The notes under the pieces were generated by a model that worked only from the letters and a program-made list of their open reading frames with translations, did not search any database and was not told the origin of the DNA. A program made the translations under genes and the position numbers. From Octopus bimaculoides (taxonomy: Eukaryota), in NCBI RefSeq assembly GCF_001194135.2, contig NC_068984.1:62702458-62751117 (forward strand): 48,660 bases of DNA. Reading direction: 5' to 3'. Every line of letters begins with the position of its first letter. Position 1 is the stretch's first letter. Of this stretch, positions 37,965 through 48,660 are shown in pieces.

Positions 37965-40800
37965 ACAAATGAACAGAGGAAGAGAGACATGGGATCTCAA
38001 TAACAACTCTAGTGAGAACCGCACGAACAACTCCTGAAATGATGATGCAACACAAGGAAAGAATCAACGGCTATAGCCGATCATGGTGAAAGTTTCCCGC
38101 CCGGCACGTCCGAAAACGTCCGCATCAGGGGAGTGATCTGGCCTCGGATAGTCGTTATGTCACAACAGATCACATACACGGTGTGCGCAAAAAACAGACA
38201 TAAGTGGACGAAGGAAGAGTACGATACATTTATTGAATGTCATGAAAGAGCAAAGCTGGAAAGAAGTCGCGGAGTAGGCCGACGTAACTTGAAATTTTGG
38301 ATGGAAAAGACATGTGTCCAATGTCAGAAAATAAACTAATGAATCAAGTGGGAGTGATTTGGAGGATGGGTTACTTAACTTGAGAAGAAATATTTCGGAT
38401 TAGTGAGAGTCTGAAAGACCCTGCGGATGAGAGTCTGAGAGACCCTGCAAAGAGTGGTCAGAGTTGAAAAGAGAGAGGTAGGAGTTGAAAGCAGGGAGAA
38501 GAGTAGACAGAAAGAACAGGAATGGTGATAGGGATGTTAAGGATGAGGAGCAGCAATCTTATACAGTGAACTTTGATACTGCCGTGAGTGGATATGCAGG
38601 GGAAATGAACCAACTAGATAATGAATTGCTTGAAATTCAAAGACGACTCACCGACTTGAAATCTCCGGAAGAAAACTTCTCCATGAATATGAGAAGGATA
38701 GATAGGAGTATTATGAATAAAGTAATACAAAAGATAAAACTATCATACCATACATCCAGAGGACATAACATAAACAAAGATCTTCTCCGAGCTATTGCGC
38801 TACATGTTGAGAAGAAATTACAACTTAAGAAGACAAATAAAAGTAGAGCAAAAGAACCATAGGGAAATCGACTCATTGAAAGGGATATAATGCGGGCAAG
38901 GCAAGATCTAGGCAAAATTGAGCAATGGTTAAGAGGAAACTGGAAATATTGGAAAGAAAAACGAGAAAAATTAGAGATGAAATATGAATACGGAAGAACG
39001 GTTTTGATGCAGTAATAGAGCAGTAAAAAAACAGAGGATCATGGCTAAAAGCCAGAAGATCAGAAGGTTTGTGAACAGATATAAGCAGTTAGAGGAGAAC
39101 ATATTTTGTTAAAAAATAACCCGAAGCAATTCTCCCGAGCATTAGGAAACAATGGACGAAATTTTGCTCCTAATGCAAATCAAGTCAAGGAGTTCTGGAG
39201 TGGATTATAGGGAAACAATGTGGTGCATAAATGAGATGCAATATGGCTAGGGACTATCAATACAGAATTACAAGTAGGAAGGAAACATAAGCACTAGTGA
39301 TGTGAAAGAACAAGTGGGTAAAGTGCCTAACTGGAAAGCCTCCGGACCAGATGGGTATCATGGCTTCTGACTGAAGAGATGCCACGCGGTGCATGAAAGA
39401 CTAACAGCCCAATTAAATGAGTGTCTCCAGAAAAGTACAGTCCCCGCGTGAATGGTGACTGACAAGAAAACACTTGTAATGAAAGATAGAAGAAAGGGGA
39501 ATATTGTGGGAAACTACCGTCCCATTGCATGCTTAAGCATAATCTGGAAGATACTTACTGGAATATATGCTCAAAGACATACAGCTTTCTGGCACAGGAA
39601 GCAATACTATCAAGGGAATAAAAAGGATGTAGGAAGAGTTCTCAGCGTACCAAGGATTACCTGCTCACCGATAAAACAGTTTTGAGATATTGTGAAAAAC
39701 ATGATACAAACATGCTTATGGCTTGGATTGACTTTAAAATGGCATATGATATGATACCTCATTTTTGGATCGTTGAATGCCTGCAGATGTTTGGTGTTGC
39801 TGACAACATCACAAATTTTCTGGTGCATAGCGTGAAAGAGGTAAAACCCAAATTTTACTCAAGTAATGTATTCCTTGGAGAAGTTAATATTAAAAGGACA
39901 GTCTTCTAATTGCATTAATATCCATAACAATGACACTTAGGAAAGTTAAGATGGGTTACCGATGTTGGAAAAATGCTTATCATTGAACCATCTGTTGTTT
40001 ATGGATGACCTGAAATTTTTTGGGAAATTTGAAAAAGAGATAGCAAAGCAGTCCTCAAGCAAAACAGTCCAGAAGTGTGGTAGGAACAAGTGTATGAGAT
40101 TTGGGATTACCAAATGCTCAGTACTAAATATGAAAAGAGGGAAGAAAGCAGCCTGCAGAGGATTGCGGTTACCATCAGGAGAAACCATGGAAGAGCCCGA
40201 CGGTTGTGGGTATAGATATTTATGGATTTTGGAGCTGGATGACAGTCAGCACAGAGAAATGAAAGTCAATATCAGCGATGCATATCAAAAATGGGTGAAT
40301 ATGTTGTTGAAATCCAACCTGAATGCCAAACATTTGATTGCCACAATGAATATCTGGGCGGTTGCGGTGGTCAGATGTAGTGCGTCCAACCTCAAATGGA
40401 TTAAGGAGGAAATATCAACACTAGATAGAAAGACGATAAAGCTGATGACGCTGCATGGGAGGCTACACTCTAAATCAAACGTAAACAGACCGTATATGAA
40501 AAGAAAAAATGGTGACACAGGACAAATTAATACAGGCCATTGTATAAGGAGTGAAATGAGAACGCTTGTCGAGTATTTGATAAATAGTCAAGAAGACCTG
40601 CTGCAATATGCCGCGAAATATATGGGTGTAAATGCAAATGAAATGATTAGCAAAGCGGAGTCTAACAAAGAGTTGAGGAGAAGAGAAAAGAAGAACTTGG
40701 TGAGTTTGAAAAGAGTATACAAGACTTTAATGATAGTACAGCATCGTGGGCATGGCTTGGGCGAGGTGATTTGAAGTGTACCACCGAAAGCCTGACCATT
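37965..40800 (+). mobile_element. R4/Dong LINE copy B, decayed, with most of the ORF recognisable
   Basis: RHKWTKEEYDTFIECHER; VPNWKASGPDGYHG; GNYRPIACLSIIWKILTG; AWIDFKMAYDMIPH; LNHLLFMDDLKFF; FGITKC; YRYLWILE; NIWAVAVVR. The QGDSLSPLLF block is deleted at ~39905. Confidence 0.92.
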
Positions 40801-40929
40801 GCTGTGCAAGGCTACTTGTTGTTCCCCGAAGTTAAGAGCTTTTGTTTTCTTTTCCAAATGTCTGATCTTTTGAGTAAACATGAAAATAATAATAATAATA
40901 ATCCTTTCTACACATAAGGAGTTAGAGCA

Positions 40930-41330
40930 CCGAGGAACGAAGATAGTAACCTTGAGGTGCCTGCCTAACAATTGACGGAGCAGTGCTAGGAGACCAACAT
41001 ATTAGCATGACAGAATGAGAAGAGATTTATAAATATGGTGACCTGAGAAATGAGATGTGACAGCTACGAGATTCAAATATAAAGTTTGTCATTGGATTAT
41101 TGGTTCCAATACCACTCAACCTAAAGAAACATCTAGAAACTTTAGACATTCTCTACAATCTAGGTGCATTGCAAAAATCGGCATTACTTGGAGCTGAACG
41201 CGTATTGCGTAAAGTACTGTGAGACTGAGATGCTTGTTGTGACTTGAAAGATAGTACAAACCCCCAGTAGACCCAATATCTTCAATCAACAACATAAGGA
41301 TATTGGATACTGTGCGACAGCTTAAATAAT
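40930..41330 (+). mobile_element. R4/Dong 3' end (endonuclease C-terminus plus 3' UTR)
   Basis: IDGAVLGDQHIS..EEIYKYGDLRNEM..FVIGLL..LQKSALLGAERVLRKVL* ending at ~41222; the UTR ends in aaataataa. Confidence 0.8.
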
Positions 41331-41334
41331 AACC

Positions 41335-41530
41335 ATAATCACTTCTATTGAAGACACAACGTCTGAAATTTTGGTGGAGGGGACTACTTGAATACATCGA
41401 CCCCAGTGTTTCGCTGACCTCAAAAGGAGGAAAGGCAAAGTCAATCTTGGCGGAGTTTGAATTCAGGATGTAGGGACGGACTTTATGGACACTAAGCATT
41501 TTGTTCAGCATACTAATGATTTTGCGAGCT
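41335..41530 (+). mobile_element. Short SINE-like repeat, same family as 17008-17215
   Basis: gaaattttggtggagggg..catcgaccccagt..ggaaaggcaaagtcaatcttggcggagtttgaattcagg; followed by (AAT)n. Confidence 0.6.
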
Positions 41531-42254
41531 CACTGTAGAAATAATAACAACAAGAATAATAATAATAAAAGTAATAATAATAATGATGATGATGGGGATA
41601 ATTATCATTGTTATTATCTATACAAGAAATTCTTCTCGCCCTTCTTCTTCTCCTCCTCCTCCTCCTCATTGTTGGTGGTGTTGTTGTTGTGTATAGGAAC
41701 AATTCCTTTCTCTACATAATAGTAATTTGTGACCAGAAATAACAAAAGCTTTAGTCAAACATTGTACATGGAAACAAAATGACAGATATACTCGAGTTCT
41801 TAAAGCCAGAAGACACCCATCTGTTAATGAGTGCGTCAACATATAGTAGCTAAATGTAATCAAATTGGTACTATATAGTGAATGTAGCTGTCACTACTGC
41901 ATTATATATGGCGCAAAAATAATCGTTGCTACAGTCTTGTCTACCTGTTTAATAATTTACTGATGATAAAAGGCTGGTGAAACGTCAAACGATTGTTACT
42001 GAATCAAGTACAGAAGTTGAACTTGGTCATTTTTCCACTCCATCAACATTGCTACCACTTCTTTCACCATAGGATTAGCATTTATATTGTTTCCTTCTTA
42101 TTTCATGTGTTAGTAATGTGAAATTATTAGATTTTTTCTTTCCTATTGTGTCATCATATTTTAGCAAGACGTAATACATTTCGTTGTTTTGCATAGTATT
42201 TACATGTTTCAAAAGTTTTAAGTCAGCATCTCAAGTATTCACAAACATACATGT

Positions 42255-42420
42255 GTCTAAGGTGTATTATGATAAATTTGGTTCTCAGGCATATGATTTT
42301 GGATCCAGTTCCACTACGCAGCACCTTGAACAAGTGTATTTTACAATAGGTTCGAGCCAAGGAAAGTCTTAAGTGTAGAATGGAGTTCATAGATGGATAA
42401 TAAAAGCCAGCCGTATATAT
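42255..42420 (+). mobile_element. Old, degenerate head of the second tRNA-SINE family
   Basis: ggatccagttccactacgcagcaccttgaacaagtgtattttacaatagg aligns with the reverse complement of the 28200-28339 head. Confidence 0.55.
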
Positions 42421-43231
42421 GCAGATATCAAAAGGATGTATTATAATATTATTCCACAGCTATACCAACAATCCTTAATACTTATCCACATATACAAAAA
42501 CAGCCATACCAACACCCCAACATTGCTCCATCATCAGCTGCCACACGGATGTCATTATGGTTTCGATTCCTGGTAGAATTTAATCCGGTGGTGTCAACAG
42601 CACTAAAATAAGTGTTGTTTGGAAATAAACAAACCAAAGAAACTACTACTTTCAAACACGTTTACCAATATATAATCGTATCGATAAAAAAATTCCATAA
42701 GCAAATTACAACCCCTCTTAAATACGTAATTAAACAGCGACAACTCAGTTAATTCACAAACAATTTAAGACAATGTACACTGTATCAATATTAATAGTAA
42801 ACTGCAATAACTTAATTATATACTAAATTGCGATCCATCATTAAGTCTATATAAATAATAATCCCACCGGTCTTCCATAAATAATACTATAATGAAAATT
42901 CAAAATTTATAAAACATTTTCAGAACAAAACACGACTGAAATTAATATAACTAATATTCTAATGAGAGTAAGACATTATTTCATCATTCAAAAGCTAATA
43001 ATAAAAAAAACTACATACTCATTAATGTATAATCACTACAAGTTATAATATTAAATTACCAGTGAATAATATACAGTTAAATTTCATTAAATAGTAAATA
43101 ATAAATGTACTTATAATAAACTAATATTACAACCTTGTTGTGTTTAAAGCTAATTAAACAGTTTAAAACACAATAAAAATGCTTAAAACACAATAAAACT
43201 ACAAGTACTAAATCTATAAGTATTATCGCTT

Positions 43232-43265
43232 ACATGTTTCATCAGACACGCGGCGCCTCATCAGG
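43232..43265 (-). ncRNA. Hammerhead-like core relic
   Basis: Reverse complement: cCTGATGA ggcgccgcgtgtctgat GAAA catgt. Stem III is the palindrome ACATGT; stem II is broken. Confidence 0.35.
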
Positions 43266-43632
43266 AATTTAAGGAGCAACTAAATATTGATTACGTAGTG
43301 CGTAATTACCACTTTCTTAATTGTCTCAAAACCGGTGACGTAGTAAGCAAATAACTCGAATTGTAAATCTTCAAATCCTTACAAATATTCGCTAAGCTGA
43401 AGACTAGATATTACCCCATATTTATTTAAAATCTCAAGTTTCGCACCTTAACAGCGATTAAAAGTTTTATCCAACTTACCAAGTTTATAACCTTATTTTA
43501 TTCATTTATAGCTTTATGTACTTTTCCTTGCGTGTTTGCGCCCTACCACTTATTCTGCCTATACTTACATACTGCTTCGATCTGACACTTCGTTATATCT
43601 ATATATACATACATACATATGTTCATACATAC

Positions 43633-43705
<73 letters not shown>

Positions 43706-43708
<3 letters not shown>

Positions 43709-45008
43709 TTAAGGACAAAATCCAAAATTACAGGTAAAAACTCAATTAAAGTCAATTTATAAAAAATTGAGCTTTATAGATAAAATATATATAAAATATA
43801 TAGTTTTAGGGAAAATAACCAAGTTTCAAGAACTCAACATTTAAAAAAGAGAGATTCAACACCGGAGTTTTATGTCCATGTCTTCATTCAATGTAAACAT
43901 TTCTGTGTTTAACTATATTTAACCATTAATAAGTTAAATATATTAGTCGTCTCACACGTCATCAGGAATGATTTTCATTACAACAAAAAAACAAAAGAAA
44001 ACATAATGAATCGATCGAACAAATCAATTTTTAAAACTATACCATTTTCCGTCAAATACGAGGCCTTGTCTGTTTACTTCCGCTAATTTGTAGGGGAGGT
44101 AACTCCTTAATCAATTCTATGGTTATTACTCTCCTATCAATAATTACTAGATTATTTATTATTAATTATTCAAGATATATAGATTATCTTAATGACCACT
44201 GGAAAGCTACAATTACTATTGACTAATTTTACATTTATATGTCTGCCTTAAAAACCAATATTATACTACATATTACCATCGACTGTGAACTAAAAAGAAT
44301 TTTTCCTAGTAATAATAGCTTCTAGGAATTTTTTTCAAACCCCACAAGTGATATATTCAATTATATTTTAATATATTAACATTGTCTGCTATAATTATTA
44401 TATTCCATGGATTCCATACTATAAATTATAAACACTTCTCATCTTATTTGAGATCCACAGTGTGCTATCCTATCTCCAGTATTTAATTTAATACCTACAT
44501 TTATTACTGTCGAGTTATACACTTATATACTCTGCTTTAAAATCTAATAATAGACTATATTGTACTGTACTGTATTACCAGTTCTAATTAACTCTTCATT
44601 AAAATCAATCTATACTGAGTTGTTCCTAGATTTGAATAGCAAATTCCCAGCCGCTACTTATAACTTTAATATTTAATATTTCTATATGGCCTGCCTTCAT
44701 ATCTAATATTATATGCCATTATTATTATTACTATCATTATTGTTATTGTTCTTCTTCTTATTATTGTTATTATTATTATTATTAATATTATATTACAACT
44801 CGTTACAATCTAGTAAACCTCCTCTTATAAACTGACCAGACTTTAATGTCGGAACCTAGGATTGGTCTTCATTATTAAAGTTAGATTACTATTATTAACA
44901 GAACATTTATATATATATATATATATATAAGGCTCAATTTAATTTTTTATAAATTGATTTTAATTGAGTTTTTTACCTGTAATTTTGGATTTTGTCCCTA
45001 ATAATATT
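43706..45008. repeat. Pair of ~75-bp inverted repeats 1.15 kb apart
   Basis: ggacaaaatccaaaattacaggtaaaaactcaattaaagtcaatttataaaaaattgagc (43713-43772) vs gctcaattt..ttttataaattgattttaattgagttttttacctgtaattttggattttgtcc (44932-44997). Confidence 0.88.
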
Positions 45009-45974
45009 ATNNNNNNNNNNATATATATATATATTCATGTATGCATGTATGTATGTATGTATGTATGTATGTATGTATGTATGTATGCATGTATGTGTGT
45101 GTGTGCATGTGTAGCGTAGTTGAGTTATAGATTAAGATAACCGCCTAAGGGATAGAAGTATCCATTACACTACCAGTATATTACTTATATTTAACCATGG
45201 GAATACATATGCAAACATATTACGTTCATAAGTTATAGGTAAAGACAAGGATGAACATAGGATTAAATTTCAACTGACCAATTACATCGAACGTTGGACC
45301 TTGGCCTATCTCACTTCGGACAACAGGTGGAAGAGCTTAATCACCTACTAGTAAATAAATAGATTGCATTTAATCGATTAATACTTTATTATGATTCATA
45401 CAATTAATTAGTACTACAAACATAACTATTATAAATTATTATAATTAATATAAAATCTTACTGTAACTACACTCCTTCTCTGACTAATAACTATTGGCGT
45501 ATCCCACTATTATCTTGTTTTTTATTATTTTTTCCATCCTATACTCCACCCTGTATAAAGTATTAATCCTCCAGTTGCTATTTTGTTTTAGTCTTTTACT
45601 TAACGGCTTAAAGTGACACACAAGCAAAATGGTATGATTACAACAATATTCAACTTTACCCTTTTTCTTCTCTATGTACCTCGCTATTTATTCTTCACTC
45701 TAATGAAGTTCCTTGTTTCAGATCGGTTTTATTACCAAATATGATAAATATTTTTACATATCTTAAATATCAATGGCAACACAGTATAATATTCGATGCA
45801 CAAACAGCTGTTATATGGGATATAGTCTATTTGCATTGAATTAATAAATAATAATTGATGTAAGTGAATTGTTGTTATTCAGTACTTCCCCATCATCTGG
45901 TTTCTTTAAATTTATACACACACACACACGCACACACACCCACACACATATATATAAATATTTATATATTTATA

Positions 45975-46140
45975 TATCTGTCAACGATGGTAAATGCAAA
46001 ACAGAAGCATGTCCTCATAGTGTCACATTGTAACTATTTACACAACATTAACTGGATCATAGTCGACAGCGCCTCACCTTATTTGTCCGGAGTCCACATT
46101 TGTCTGCTCTGCTTCTGTGAAAGACTGCACTTATCCAAGA
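45975..46140 (+). mobile_element. Penelope-like GIY-YIG endonuclease C-terminal relic
   Basis: KHVLIV..NYLHNINWIIVDSASPYLSGVHICLLCFCERLHL fits the PLE pattern K-H-x-W..I-x-W-x-I..A-x-P-Y..C-x-L-C-x-x-E-K. Confidence 0.6.
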
Positions 46141-48429
46141 GGTTACTCTATCCATTAAAATATTTCATATTGTCGTCATATATGTTTTAATTTTATTTCA
46201 AATCATTGACGTTTGATAATCCAAATATTCCTCCCCAGAACATACTATTCTCTATGCGTACACCACTGATTTTACCCCCTTCCATTCCTCCAAATAAATG
46301 AACCAATCTGCACCAAACACCACACGACGATGCCTAAATTACATCATTTTACGTTCTTTGTACCAGCTTATGATTTGTTGTGACGGATTTTATGTTTCGT
46401 TTATGTATTCGATCATTGGTTAGTCTGTTCTATGTGCTGTAAGTACTTATTTGATTTTCATAATACATTTTGTGCAAAATATATGTAATTTCGGAAGAGC
46501 ATTTTCTAATGCATTTTATGTTTTGTACTTCTGTCTAATTAAAGAAATACACATAACCTACAGAAAGAAAAAAATATCGCTTATTAACTTTTTCAAACAG
46601 GTAAGCAGACCAAATCACTTATGAGCATACATAGAAACCAATGATTACTGTGTAGTTTACTTAAAGATGACGACCTCATTGCTATTTATTATATAAAAGC
46701 TTAAGTGTCACATAGGTTAAAATCCCTTCGGGTTATTTAGTATTTTCAAATACAGATTATTTGTAATATATACTTAAGCTTGGTGCTTTCAGAAATCAAT
46801 AAACACAACACACTTCAGAAGACATGTGAAGTGTCAGAGCACATAGGTATTAATTCAAACGAGACTGCTGCCATTATTCAGCTTTTAGTGAAACATTTTA
46901 CCATATAGTTAATTATTTATTTCATTTGATATATTTCCTTTGAAGAAAGCGACCACTTATTACAATGAAGTTGTAACCAATGTGTTGTATTGGATTATTC
47001 ATATAAATACTAATACCCATTGCCAGACTTAAGAGAAAATACAAGAGGTCAAGTCATTTAATTTAATACTCTATTCAGTATTATTCAGAGCACAAGTAAC
47101 AATATGCGTCTTAAAAAATATCAGCAGAGAAATTTGTATAATATATCTCATTTGATCGGCATATTTTTCAATTATGCTATGGCAAGCGCCAATGTCGGTT
47201 ATAAAAATCTAAAAGAGCACACGTTATCGAGTCATTTCAGTTCCTACATTAACAGCGAATTAAACAACTTGCCTTAATTTTACGAATGGATTCACAACTT
47301 ATAATATAGAAACTCAACGTGATATCAAGATAACTGAAATTACTCTTAGAATGAGAATCAATAAACATAAATCAGGTTTCAAGAATCCTAAAGCACAGAC
47401 ATTTTTTGAAACGTATACATGAAGTATAAGAATATAAGAAACTCTAACACAAGTTGGTTAGTCTTCGGTAATATCGAATTATGTAATACATGGACCAGTT
47501 ATTGTATTGTGAATTCAGTCTTAAATGCCCTAAAGCATAGTTCAGATAGTGTTCACAAATACATACATTAAAGAATACATAATTTGCGCTGGCAAAATTC
47601 TCCTAACAAAAGCGCGTGGACTTGTGATCCCCATAAATAGTTTTCTAGGAAAAAATATATAAACATACCTAACGCGGCTCTTTTACCGTTATACTGCATG
47701 TACGGATTTCTTCTTTTCCACTGTTCACCCTTACTATTTTCTGATTTTATCCTATTCTTTCTTTCGCCTGTAACAACTAACTTTATAAGCATACGCCAGG
47801 AGATTTTGTGATCGTGCGTGTGCGTGCGTGCATAGATATATATGCATTTGTATATATATTCATGTCTTGCCTATATATGAATGTATATGTATGTAGCTAT
47901 GCACCTGCGTCTGCATGTTTAGTGTATATATGTATATTATAGATGGTTTAGTATGTGTATATACTGCTGAATGTATATGTAATCTATTGCGAACATTTTT
48001 TTAAACGGATATTTCTTTTAATTTATTAATTCATTAATATTTTACAGCTAATTATTTACCCTTGCTATTCAGGCCTTGTCCTTCTTTATAAGCTATTTTT
48101 GATTTAAGAGTTTTTTCCATTTTTATAATAATATGATTTTATACCACAATTTGTTGCTGCATGAAACCGGTTATTGAAAAAACCGTTAGTTGAAAGGACC
48201 AATGAAACAGAACTTTTTTCAAATGTGTATCTATCAAACTAATTGTATATTTTTCCTTATAACCTTATTTTTATTCCATCCTAAACAAAACTGTTCGACG
48301 AACGGGAACGTGAATCTCTGAGTAACATTTCTTGTGATATTTTTGCTGCTTTTTAATAAAGCATATCATTCTACCTCTGGTAGTCGAGTACTATGTTTCG
48401 CATTTATGTGCTTACACTGGTATATATAT

Positions 48430-48660
48430 ATATATGGGAGACTATACAAATAATAACAACAGACGAGGACAGGTGGTGTAAATAACAAAAGTATATATTA
48501 GTATGACGCTCGGGAATACGGAAAGTCTTTGACGTTTCGAGCTACGCTCTTCAACAGAAAGAATACGGAGACAAGGAGAAAAACACGGAGAAAAAAAATT
48601 GAATAGTGTTCAGTCAACGGTCAATCATAATAATGGCCGATCATAACAATGACTGACCGG
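48430..48660 (-). repeat. Interspersed repeat in TA flank carrying a hammerhead-like core at 48524-48557
   Basis: Reverse complement: CTGTTGA a gagc-gta-gctc GAAA cgtc-aaa-gac. Confidence 0.45.

Noticed and set aside
45285-45330. Faint hammerhead-like remnant (cgaacgttggaccttggcc..cttcgg)
   Set aside because: Neither core box is intact.

Overview
This is AT-rich, repeat-dense eukaryotic intergenic or intronic DNA with six small N gaps. The repeat repertoire (tRNA-head SINEs, TAA-associated R4/Dong LINEs, compound microsatellites) resembles octopus/coleoid cephalopod DNA; this is inferred from recall, not from a search. I could not support any intact host gene, rRNA, tRNA or CRISPR array, and most ORFs in the track are microsatellite artefacts or antisense to transposon relics. 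Supportable content is all mobile-element debris: (1) several R4/Dong-clade non-LTR retrotransposon copies (1-1000; 22950-23635; a ~6.5 kb nested stack at 34920-41330); (2) a decayed piggyBac with TTAA sites and TIRs (3333-5765); (3) an internally deleted Mutator-like element (13743-14679); (4) a mariner DD37D-like relic (28845-29440); (5) a Penelope-like element with RT (19200-21640) bracketed by two large fold-back palindromes, plus a Penelope GIY-YIG tail relic (45975-46140); (6) several SINEs. The most interesting signal is the 573-bp palindrome at 18598-19170. Each arm carries a damaged minimal hammerhead ribozyme, and the two arms have lesions at different positions, so their consensus rebuilds a complete canonical type I hammerhead. 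Several weaker hammerhead-like cores occur at 41.9-48.6 kb. A short AAT-tailed element at 23677-24161 shares the 5' end, not the 3' end, of a Dong LINE.
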